Assembly (NCBI GenBank): GCA_949482135.1
Contig: CASYFC010000005.1
Location: forward strand, 26,469-90,468
Length of the DNA stretch: 64,000 bases
Direction: 5' to 3'
Origin: an uncultured Clostridia bacterium
GTDB taxonomy: Bacteria > Bacillota > Clostridia > TANB77 > CAG-508
Shown: one piece after another, positions 1-9,500 of the stretch
Position numbering within the stretch: position 1 is the stretch's first letter
Layout of the letters: every line of letters starts with the position of its first letter
The notes under the pieces: generated by a model
What the model was told of the DNA's origin: nothing
Seen by the model: only the letters and a program-made list of their open reading frames with translations
Database searches by the model: none
Translations under genes and position numbers: made by a program

Positions 1-1037
1 CAAAATATAAAGTTCAAAATTATAATAATGAATTTTCATTAGATGAATTATGTGTTACATTTAGAAATTTTGCAGCATCTCAATTACATTTATACTATAC
101 ATTACCAATGATTCGTGTATTTATAGCTGGTCTTGCATCAACAAAATTAGTTATTTTACAAGGTATTTCTGGTACTGGTAAAACATCACTTGCTTATGCT
201 TGGGGAAAATTTTTAAAACATGATTCATGTGTTGTTTCAGTACAACCATCTTGGAGAGATAGAACAGAGCTTTTCGGATATTTTAATGAATTTACTAAAA
301 AATTCAATGAAACACAATTGTTAGAAACATTATATACTGCAACTTATACAGATGATGTATACACAGTAATTTTGGACGAAATGAACCTTGCTCGTGTTGA
401 ATATTATTTTGCAGAGATGTTATCTATTTTGGAAATGCCAAATAGAGATGAATGGATAATAGAAGTTGCTGCTAGTCCATGGGAAACAGATCCAAAACAT
501 ATTATAAATGGTAGAATAAGAATTCCAGCAAATACTTGGTATATAGGTACAATTAATAATGATGATTCTACATTTATGGTAACAGATAAAGTTTATGATA
601 GAGCAATGCCTATAGATATAAATGAAAAAGGACAAGCATTCAAAGCAGCAGAAACACCTTCAATGGATATTAATTTTTCATATTTAGATTATTTATTTGA
701 AAAATCTAAAAAAGACTTTCCAGTTTCAGCTGAAAACTGGAAAAAGATAAATGATATGGATGATTATGTAATAAAACACTTTAGAGTTGCATTTGGTAAC
801 CGTATTGTTTCACATTTGGGAAAATTCGTATCTGCATATGTTGCTTGTGGTGGAGATGAAGTTGAAGGAATTGATTATTTTATTGCAAAGAAAATTTTAA
901 GAAAATTTGAGCAATTAAATATAGCTTACATAAAAGATGAAATAGATGGATTTGTTACATTCTTAGATAAAAGCTTTGGTAAAGGAAAGATGAAAGAATG
1001 TATAGAATATGTTCTAAGATTAAAGAAATTAGGATAG
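1..1037 (+). CDS. McrB-like AAA+ NTPase (AAA_5/COG1401 type); 5' end lies upstream of the window
   Basis: The frame is open from nt 3 to the first ATG at 108, so the gene is cut by the window edge. Walker A GISGTGKTS, Walker B VILDEMNLA, then VEYYFAEMLSILE, as in McrB/dynein-related AAA+ proteins. Confidence 0.6.
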   Translation, partial: KYKVQNYNNEFSLDELCVTFRNFAASQLHLYYTLPMIRVFIAGLASTKLVILQGISGTGKTSLAYAWGKFLKHDSCVVSVQPSWRDRTELFGYFNEFTKKFNETQLLETLYTATYTDDVYTVILDEMNLARVEYYFAEMLSILEMPNRDEWIIEVAASPWETDPKHIINGRIRIPANTWYIGTINNDDSTFMVTDKVYDRAMPIDINEKGQAFKAAETPSMDINFSYLDYLFEKSKKDFPVSAENWKKINDMDDYVIKHFRVAFGNRIVSHLGKFVSAYVACGGDEVEGIDYFIAKKILRKFEQLNIAYIKDEIDGFVTFLDKSFGKGKMKECIEYVLRLKKLG

Positions 1038-1054
1038 TTTTCTAGGAGGATACA

Positions 1055-2188
1055 GTGGATAAAATATTAGATGTTTTTGAATTATATGCAGATACAGATG
1101 ATAATAGTGTAAAAAAATTCAATGATAAAATAGATTCTAAAATGAATGTTAGAATTGAGACAACTAGACCAAAATCACAATATATTTGGATTGAAAAAAT
1201 GGAAGAAACTCTTCCATATATAGAAAATATACTAAGAGATCCAAAGAAATTAATTGTTAATGAAGAAGAAGTTGTTAAAATTGAAAAAATAAAAAAAGTA
1301 ACTGTAGAAAGTATAAAAAATTTAGCTAAAAATTCATCTTATATTGATGAAATAGATGAAAATGGTGATGTAAAACCAGGGAAATTATTAAATGTTTTTA
1401 AAGAGGAAACTCTTAATACATATGAAAATAGATTTATTTATACTTTAATTCAAAAAATGATAATGATTATAAGAAAAGAAAAAGACAAACTATCTAAAAA
1501 TACTAAAAAAGATAAAGAATTCAAAAAAATTGATTATACAGCAAAATCTTATAATGGAAAAAATAAAGTTGATATGCAACTTTTAATTTCAACAACTACT
1601 GAAGAATTTGATAAGATAGGTGAGAATAAGAAACAGTTAGAAAGAATAAGAATATTAGAAAAAAATGTTATGAGTTTAACTCTAACAGGTACATATCAAG
1701 AATTAGAAAAAGAACATGTTACATTAGTAACCCCACCACTTAGAAAAAATAATGTTTTATTAAAAAATGTTAATTTCCAATATGCAGTTAAATTATGGGA
1801 CTTTATATTAACTGAAATGGATGAGCTAGAAAACAAAAATCTAGAGCCAGAGCATAAAGTTAAAGATTATAAAGATAATGGAAAAGCAAAAAAATTAATG
1901 GATGAAACTTTTTTACTTGATTATTTAATTTTAGATTGTGTTGAAAATCCTAAAATTAATGCAAAAAAGAAAAAAGAACTAATAGAAAGATTAATTGCAA
2001 ATGTTATAGAAAAAACAATTGATGTAAATAAAAATATCACAGAAGAGCAATTAAAGAATCTAATTGCAAGACAATTTAATATAATTAAATACAAAAAAAC
2101 AACATCAAATGAAGGAATACAAGAAATATTTAAAAAACATATTGGTAAATATGTTCAAAAAATAAATAAGTTTGAAAGTGGACAATAG
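1055..2188 (+). CDS. K/E-rich hypothetical protein, partner of the AAA+ gene (a McrC/DUF2357-like role is possible but not shown)
   Basis: GTG start shortly after AGGAGG and 17 nt after the upstream stop. No PD-(D/E)xK or other catalytic motif recognised by eye. Confidence 0.5.
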   Translation: MDKILDVFELYADTDDNSVKKFNDKIDSKMNVRIETTRPKSQYIWIEKMEETLPYIENILRDPKKLIVNEEEVVKIEKIKKVTVESIKNLAKNSSYIDEIDENGDVKPGKLLNVFKEETLNTYENRFIYTLIQKMIMIIRKEKDKLSKNTKKDKEFKKIDYTAKSYNGKNKVDMQLLISTTTEEFDKIGENKKQLERIRILEKNVMSLTLTGTYQELEKEHVTLVTPPLRKNNVLLKNVNFQYAVKLWDFILTEMDELENKNLEPEHKVKDYKDNGKAKKLMDETFLLDYLILDCVENPKINAKKKKELIERLIANVIEKTIDVNKNITEEQLKNLIARQFNIIKYKKTTSNEGIQEIFKKHIGKYVQKINKFESGQ

Positions 2189-2189
2189 A

Positions 2190-2774
2190 ATGAGAAAAGA
2201 AAAAGTAAATGGGATAAATATAGTTTTTACAATAATAAAATTAATTTGTATAATACTATTAATATGTTTAATAGCAGTATTAGCTCTTCAAAGATTTTCA
2301 AATAATGAAATTGCTATAGGTGGATTTAGGATTTTTAATGTTGCTACAGAAAGTATGGTTCCTAAATATTTAGTTGGAGATGTTTTAATTGTTAAAGAAA
2401 CAGAAAACAATGAATTAAAAGTTGGTGATGATGTAACATATTTAGGAAAAGAAGGATCTTTTAATAGAAGAGTTGTAACTCATCAAATTGTACAAATTGA
2501 TGAAACTGAAAATGGTAAAGTTTTTCATACAAAAGGTATAGCAAATGAAGTTGAAGATCCTACAATAACAGGTGATCAAATATATGGTAGAGTTATTTAT
2601 AAATGTTTAATATTTAGCCAGTTAACAAAACTAATGAATAATATGACAGTATTTTATATTGTAGTATTTGTACCTTTTGCAATATTAGTATCATTACAAT
2701 TAAAAGATGCAATACTAGGGAAATCAGATGAGGAAGAAGATGATGATGAGTCTGATGAAAATGAAGAAAAATAA
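2190..2774 (+). CDS. sipW: Type I signal peptidase, SipW (archaeal/eukaryal-like S26B) type
   Basis: N-terminal TM, catalytic Ser context ATESMVPKY, His motif VVTHQIV, HTKGIANEVED, C-terminal TM and acidic tail. ATG 2190 is preferred over the track's TTG 2172. It starts 1 nt after the upstream stop. Confidence 0.8.
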   Translation: MRKEKVNGINIVFTIIKLICIILLICLIAVLALQRFSNNEIAIGGFRIFNVATESMVPKYLVGDVLIVKETENNELKVGDDVTYLGKEGSFNRRVVTHQIVQIDETENGKVFHTKGIANEVEDPTITGDQIYGRVIYKCLIFSQLTKLMNNMTVFYIVVFVPFAILVSLQLKDAILGKSDEEEDDDESDENEEK

Positions 2775-2801
2775 GTGATAAATAAAATGGAAGGAGTATA
2801 T

Positions 2802-3650
2802 ATGAATCACGACGATTTAGAGATAATGCTTGATAAAGAACTTGAAGAAATGTTATTGTTAGAAGCTGTTGAAGATAATGTTGATAATGAATTAAATGAA
2901 AAAAATCAAGTATCATCTAATAAAAAGAAGCGAAAAAAGTATACTAGAAAAAGACTAAAAGAAGCTATAAAAATAAGAACTGTAATAATATTATTATTAA
3001 CTTTACTTGTAAATACATATGCTTGGTTTATATATATTTCTACAGTTTCAACAGGATTAAATATACATGTTAAGAGCTGGGAATTCGAGTTCTCAGTTGA
3101 AGATAAAAAAGATGATATTGTTATATTTTCTGATGATTTATATCCTGGAATGGAAGAAGTAAAAAGAACAATAACTGCTACAAATAAAGGTGAAACATCA
3201 GCAAATTTATCTTATAAAATTTCATCTGTAAAAATTTTTGGAATAGATTTATTAGAAGGAAAAGAAGCTATTGATGAAAAAGAATTTCAAGAACTTCTAA
3301 AAGATTATCCATTTGAGATTCAAGTAAAAATGCTTTCGCAAGATGGAAACTCATATGACCCAAGTAATCCAATGGAAGAAAATGATAAAGTACAAATAGA
3401 ATTTACTTTAAACTGGGCATATGAGACAAAAGATACAGAAGGGAATGTTATAGAAGAGAAAGATCAATTAGATACACAAATAGGAAAAGATGCATATAAC
3501 TATTATCATTTTAAATATGAAAATGGTGTTCAAGTTGAATTAACAGAAGAAGAAAAAGCTCAAAGAAAGAATGCTATAGAGATTACTGTTCATATTGAAG
3601 CAACACAAACAAAACCTAATACAGAAGAATCAGTAGAACCTGAAGTATAA
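2802..3650 (+). CDS. Secreted TasA/BsaA-superfamily-like protein with a SipW-dependent-type signal peptide
   Basis: ATG 2802 lies behind a GGAAGGAG SD (the track's GTG 2775 is less likely). Basic patch KKKRKKYTRKR, then a TM ending in NTYAWF. The C-terminal strand ITVHIEATQ recalls the TasA-family C-terminus (from memory). Confidence 0.5.
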   Translation: MNHDDLEIMLDKELEEMLLLEAVEDNVDNELNEKNQVSSNKKKRKKYTRKRLKEAIKIRTVIILLLTLLVNTYAWFIYISTVSTGLNIHVKSWEFEFSVEDKKDDIVIFSDDLYPGMEEVKRTITATNKGETSANLSYKISSVKIFGIDLLEGKEAIDEKEFQELLKDYPFEIQVKMLSQDGNSYDPSNPMEENDKVQIEFTLNWAYETKDTEGNVIEEKDQLDTQIGKDAYNYYHFKYENGVQVELTEEEKAQRKNAIEITVHIEATQTKPNTEESVEPEV

Positions 3651-3657
3651 AAAAATC

Positions 3658-3683
3658 CCCCAATTGTTATATAGCAATTGGGG
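3658..3683. terminator. Bidirectional hairpin between convergent genes 2802..3650 and 3690..4355
   Basis: CCCCAATTG/CAATTGGGG stem flanked by A-rich and T-rich runs. Confidence 0.7.
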
Positions 3684-3689
3684 CTATTT

Positions 3690-4355
3690 TTATATATTAG
3701 AATTATTATTTTGAGAATTTAATTGCGTTACTTTTAAATTAACTGGAATTTTTATATTGGTATCTATTTGTGATTTTGAATTGTATACATCTTGGTAATT
3801 ATCTGCTTTATCTTTTTCTTGATCACTTAAATTTTCATATCCTTCAACACTACTATCTTTATCATACCACATAACATAGAAGGTCAAAAGATGTTTATTT
3901 TCAGATTGTATATTTTCTGGTGGATTAATAGTTCCTTTAATTGATTCATCTGTAGATTCAACTTTTGTTGAAGTTTCTGCATCATCAATTTTATATGAAA
4001 TAATTCTAAAATCTTCTATATTTGCAGATTTTCCTAAAGATATGTCATATTCAAATGGAATATCAGTTCCAGTAGAATCAATTTCTAATGTAAAGTAACC
4101 AGTAGAAGTAGGAACTAATACATTATTTTTAATATTTTCATTTTCTTCAAATTTTAATTCTAATTCTTCTGAAAAATTATTTGTTTCTGTAATATTTATT
4201 CCATTTACAAGAATATTCCAACCAGATATTTTGAATTCTGTTTTTTTATCTTCTTTTTCTATATATTTTGAATAAGTAGATTGAATTATTAAAAACAAAA
4301 CTATTAAAATTAAAACAAGCAAAATATTTTTCAGAGTTTTTCTATTATTTTTCAT
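3690..4355 (-). CDS. Small secreted TasA-like protein
   Basis: Basic N-terminus, TM, and STYSKY in the position of TYAWF. C-terminal NLKVTQ. Convergent with 2802..3650 and shares its hairpin terminator. Confidence 0.45.
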   Translation of the reverse strand: MKNNRKTLKNILLVLILIVLFLIIQSTYSKYIEKEDKKTEFKISGWNILVNGINITETNNFSEELELKFEENENIKNNVLVPTSTGYFTLEIDSTGTDIPFEYDISLGKSANIEDFRIISYKIDDAETSTKVESTDESIKGTINPPENIQSENKHLLTFYVMWYDKDSSVEGYENLSDQEKDKADNYQDVYNSKSQIDTNIKIPVNLKVTQLNSQNNNSNI

Positions 4356-4581
4356 AAATAAACTCCAATCATAATTAATCTAAGAAAATTTTAACATAGA
4401 CAAATTTTTTAGTCAATTAAAGTCGAAGATGTAACATATATGAAAGAAAAATGTAAAAATAATGTAATTGAGTGAAATGTATGAAATATGGTAAAATTAA
4501 CCTAAATTAGAGAATATGCAAAATTCAATATGTATGTCTAATCTAAGTAGCTTTTATCTAATAGGAGGTGAGGTTTTTCAA

Positions 4582-5286
4582 ATGAAAATGACAAAATTTG
4601 AATTTGAAAGAGCCTCTAAGAAAATATTTAGAAGAGATTTGAGAATCAAGATAATTAGATTGGCACTACTTATCTTATTGTTGATGCTGATTTTATTATA
4701 TTTTATTCTTTCAATAATCTATGATGCGGGACATTTCACTATTTCGCTTGATAGAAATTTAAGTTGGGAAAAAGGTATAATAATTTACGACAATTTAAAT
4801 GAGAAAAAGGTGTCAAAAAAACTTGAGGCGACAGCTTATAATGGTATGGACAATATCTCAATAGATTGGTTACCAGAAAATATTGATACTGAATCAGATG
4901 GCTCTCATAATGGTGATAATTATATTGCCTACACATTTTACATAGAAAATGAGGGAAAAGATACAGTTAATTACTGGTATACTACTTTAATTGATGATGT
5001 CATTCTAAATATAGATGAAGCTATAAGATTTATGGTATATTTAAATGGAGAACAAACTGTTTATGCTAAATTAAATGGTTTCACAGAAGAACCAGAAAAA
5101 GATACAAAAGCGTTTTATTCCGAAGATACTGTAATGTTAGAATGTAGACAAGACTTTAAACCAGGTGATGTAGATAGATTTACAATCGTCATTTTTGTTG
5201 AAGGTGATGATCCAGATTGTACTAATGCATTATTAGGTGGAGAGATAAAAATGCATATGGATATTACAGAAGAACATGTTGATTAA
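4582..5286 (+). CDS. N-terminally anchored or secreted protein; its C-terminal domain is paralogous to 5301..6413
   Basis: ATG 4582 follows GGAGGTGAGG (the track start 4516 has no SD). Single N-terminal TM. C-terminal RFTIVIFVEGDDPDC aligns with RYRIYMWMEGQDVDC of the next gene. Confidence 0.5.
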   Translation: MKMTKFEFERASKKIFRRDLRIKIIRLALLILLLMLILLYFILSIIYDAGHFTISLDRNLSWEKGIIIYDNLNEKKVSKKLEATAYNGMDNISIDWLPENIDTESDGSHNGDNYIAYTFYIENEGKDTVNYWYTTLIDDVILNIDEAIRFMVYLNGEQTVYAKLNGFTEEPEKDTKAFYSEDTVMLECRQDFKPGDVDRFTIVIFVEGDDPDCTNALLGGEIKMHMDITEEHVD

Positions 5287-5300
5287 TATAGGAGGAAAAA

Positions 5301-6413
5301 ATGAAGAAAAAAACAAAAGTTAACAAGAGAAAACTAGATAGTTTATTACTTGTTTTATTACTAACTGCAGTACTATTAATCATGTCTACTTATGCATGGT
5401 TTACTGCTAACAGAACAGTAAGCATTGATACTTTTGATGTTAGAGTAGAAACAACTAGTGGATTACAAATTTCTGCTACAGCTGAACCAGATAGCTGGAA
5501 AACATCATTAGATATAAATGATTTAATTAATGCAACTAAAAATACTACATTTGGTATAACAAATCAGTTACCAAGTACAATGGAACCAATGTCAACAGTT
5601 CCAGTAAATAAATCAGGAGTATTAGATATGTATTTAGGTACTACTGTTCAAAATGATGCTAGAGACGGATTTTATCTATCAACAGAATTAGAAAGAGAAA
5701 AATCTTATGTATCTGCAGATGGAGATAATGGACATTACATAGCATTTGATATTTTCTTAAAATCAGGTAATCCAGAAGATAATTTATATATGTATGGTAG
5801 TGTGATAGAAACAGATGCATCTGGAAATTCTTTAAATATTGAAAAAGAAAAAGGTATAGCCAATTCTGCTCGTGTAGCTATTTTAAGAAGTCCAAATACA
5901 GTAAATAAAGAAAATGGTGGAGAATTACGTAGCGAATTAACTCCTACTCATGATAAAGTATTATTATGGGAACCAAATGTCGATACACATACAGAAAAAG
6001 GTGCTGAAAATGCAAATGCATTAAAATGGCATGGTGAATCTATAGTAACAAAAGGTTCAGGAACAAGCCCTCTAGCTTATGATGGAGTTAAGGCAAGTAT
6101 TGCTCCAAAAACTTTATTATTACCAGAGGCTACAGCAACAGCTAACCCATCTATGTTTGAAAGAGTAACACCAACTTGGCAAACTACTCGTGCTCAAAAT
6201 AGTAATGCTAACTTAGAAATGCCACCAATAACTGAAGGTGGAAAAGCATTAGAGGCAGGAGTTGTAAGGTATAGAATCTATATGTGGATGGAAGGTCAAG
6301 ATGTTGACTGTGAAACTTCAGCAGCTGATTCATATGCACAATTTACATTAAACTTCACATTAGATAAACTTAAAGATGCTGGAGTAGATGCACCAGTTAT
6401 AGATGCAAAATAA
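5301..6413 (+). CDS. Secreted protein with a SipW-dependent-type signal peptide (candidate fibre subunit)
   Basis: AGGAGG SD. KKKTKVNKRK basic n-region, TM, then STYAWFTANRT, the TasA/CalY-type signal class. Strong hairpin terminator downstream. Confidence 0.55.
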   Translation: MKKKTKVNKRKLDSLLLVLLLTAVLLIMSTYAWFTANRTVSIDTFDVRVETTSGLQISATAEPDSWKTSLDINDLINATKNTTFGITNQLPSTMEPMSTVPVNKSGVLDMYLGTTVQNDARDGFYLSTELEREKSYVSADGDNGHYIAFDIFLKSGNPEDNLYMYGSVIETDASGNSLNIEKEKGIANSARVAILRSPNTVNKENGGELRSELTPTHDKVLLWEPNVDTHTEKGAENANALKWHGESIVTKGSGTSPLAYDGVKASIAPKTLLLPEATATANPSMFERVTPTWQTTRAQNSNANLEMPPITEGGKALEAGVVRYRIYMWMEGQDVDCETSAADSYAQFTLNFTLDKLKDAGVDAPVIDAK

Positions 6414-6431
6414 TACTTAGACTATAAATTC

Positions 6432-6466
6432 AAGGCGATAACATTAATTGTTATCGCCTTTTTTTC
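6432..6466 (+). terminator. Intrinsic terminator after 5301..6413
   Basis: AAGGCGATAAC/GTTATCGCCTT stem plus TTTTTT. Confidence 0.8.
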
Positions 6467-6554
6467 ATTTTTGTTACAAAATCCAAAAATGCTTTAAATC
6501 AGTAGTGTTGTATGATAAAATGACCATGAATAAATCTAAAAATGGGAGTATTGT

Positions 6555-9500
6555 ATGACTAGGAAAAATAGAAGAAATAATAAAACTAAAAAAAGCCAAA
6601 CTATTCAAAGAAATTTAATTAGAAATATAGCAGTAATACTAGCTCTAATTGTTTTTTTATTTGTTATATATAGATTTAATTTTTCAAGTAAATCTGAACT
6701 AACAGAAACAGTAAAAATTAATTTCAAAGAATTTGGAGAAAATATTTCATTAGAAGAACAAGAACTAGATATGGAAGTTCTTACAGATGCTGATGGAATA
6801 AAATATATTTTCCTACCAGAAAAAGTAAATGGATATTTTGTAGAGCAATATTATATTACTAATTTAGAGGAAGATACCAATACCAATACTTCTATAACAT
6901 CAGATAATACAAATACACTTTTAGAAAATATTATTCCTGATACAAATGTGGCTGAAGAAGTTGCAGGATTAAAAAAATATTATTTAACTTCCCAAGAGTA
7001 TGAAGAAAATGAAATTAAGCAAAGTGAAGATAATGAAATTAAAGTAGAAGAAGAGATTAAAGAAAATCTAAAAGAAGATAAAAAAGAAGAAAATACTATA
7101 TCAAATACAATAAATAATAATTCAAATACTACAGTTCAAAATAATGTAACAAACGAAATTGAAAAAACAGATATTGAAAAAGAAAATGCAATAAAAAATG
7201 AATTGCAAAATAATACTGTATCAAATACAGTTGAAAATACTACAGATAAAAATGAAGTTATAGAAGATAAAAAAGATGATAGCGAAAATATACAAGATAT
7301 AAATAGTGAAACTATGAGTCAAACTGGAATTAAGCCAGGCACAAGATATAATGTATATGAAACAAATGAAAAAGGAAAATATACTTTAGGAAATATTTTA
7401 GTAGAAGTTGAATATCAAACTATAACAAATGAAGAAATAAAATTATATAATCAAGAATTAACTTTTAAAGATGAAAGTTCAGAAATTACGGTTACAGGAT
7501 ATATCCCAGCAGAATATGAATTAAATTGTATAAAAGAAAATTCAAATGAATTAGAAAATCAAGTAAATGAATATGAAGATTTGAAAGATTATCAAATGCT
7601 TTGCGTTTATGATATATCAATTCAAAAAGATGGAGTTGTTTATCAACCAGAAAATTATGCATGGGCACCAAGTGTTTCAGTAAATATTCAATCTACAGAT
7701 TTGAATTCATTACCAAATAAAGATGATGTAAAGTTAATACATTTTGCAGATTCGATTGAAACAATTGAAGGATTTGAAACAGAAGCAAATTCAATAGAAT
7801 TTAATGCTAAGGGATTTTCAAAATATGCAGTTCTTTCAAAAAGAGCAGTTACAGAAACTCAAGCTACAATAGATACGTATGAAGATGACAAGAATTATTA
7901 TTTAGGAAAAAATTATACAGATAATATTTCAGGAGAAAATACAAATCAATATTCTATTGATAATTTAGCAAATGTTACTGTAAATTATCATAGTGCTCCT
8001 GAAAAGAACTTTAGAAATGAAAATGTAGAATACAATTCGGAGTATAATTTGACTTATACATCAGATTCTCCTATAAATATATCTTCAAACGAAAGACTAG
8101 TTACCTATACTTTAACTTTAGATAAAAATGTAACTATAGGAGAGAATTGGGAAATAATAATAGATTTTGAACTTAACCAAGGAGCTGCTCAATTTCAATT
8201 TACAATTTTAAGTAATCCGACAGAATCTTATACTATAGACAATGGTGGAAGACAAATAAGATTAAATTCAAAAGATTACCGACTTGATAATAATACATTA
8301 AGTGTAAATATAATAATAAAACGTACTGATAAAAATTTAAGACCTAACATACCTAGTATAAATTTAAAACCCAAAATAGTAGAGCATCTAACATATTCTT
8401 ATGAATACAATATTTCAGAAAATAAAACTGGATATGTGTCTGCTACAGAAAGACAAAATCTTATAACATATCATAAAGCTGTTCCTATTATTAATGGACA
8501 AGTTGAATTGGAATTAATTGATAATCCTTTTATGGATAGACCATTTGGAACTGTTAATGAAGAATACTCTAATGGAAAAACAAGAGAATATCAATCTTTA
8601 TTTGGATTTAATGGTTGGAAAAATAAATCTGATGCATTACATATAATAGAAACTAATAAAGATACATATCAACAAATTCTAATTGCCAATGTAGAAGACA
8701 AAAATAATGTAGTAATAGATTTATATGTTGATTGGATCCCAGCGAATGTTGTTTTTGTAAAAGATGGTGGAAATGGTGATGGAAGAGAAAAAGAAAACCC
8801 TACAGGTACATGGACGCAAGCTATTGAAGCACTTAAAGATGAAAAGAATAAAAAAAGTGCAGAATTTGCATCAGATAGAGAAGTTAATATAATAGTTGTT
8901 ACAGGACCACTAAGTGCTGATGATAAAGCTCTTGCAACAGAGATTCCATTTACAGTTACTAGTTTGTATGATGGAGTAGACTATAGAATTGCTACAAATG
9001 CTACTATTACTTTAAATAAAGGCGTAAAAATTACTAATGATTTACAATTAGAATATTTAAATGTAATAGGGTCTACTAATTATATAGATACGAGAGATGA
9101 GTTGAATGATAGTATGAAGTATATTAATGGTAATTCATATAACTTACGTATTGGAAGAGGAATGCTACCATTAAACTATGCTGTTGATACTACTACGTTT
9201 GGACAAATTCAATGTGGTGGACAAAATAATAAACAATTTAAAACCGTAGTAGAATCTGGAAGATACTGTAATATCTATGTAGATAGAGCTCAAGGAACTG
9301 GAAATAATACAAATTTTTCAATGAATGGAACTTTAATTGTAGGTTGCGATTACGATAGATATATAGAAAATGGTAATAGTAATTTACAAATTTTCTCAAA
9401 AATTACATCAAGACGTAATAAGTCCAAAAATACTGCATTAGATGCTAATAAGCCTATATATAATATATATATTAAGAGTGGAATGATAGGAATTGATTGC

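Noticed and set aside
1-2188. Confident call of a McrBC type IV restriction system
   Set aside because: Only the AAA+ core is recognisable. The N-terminal DNA-binding part is outside the window, and no nuclease motif was seen in the partner, so it is kept as a hypothesis.
6850-7330. N/T/E/K-rich low-complexity stretch of the giant gene as a DNA tandem repeat or contingency locus
   Set aside because: No exact nucleotide repeat unit could be traced by eye. It looks like compositional low complexity at the protein level only.
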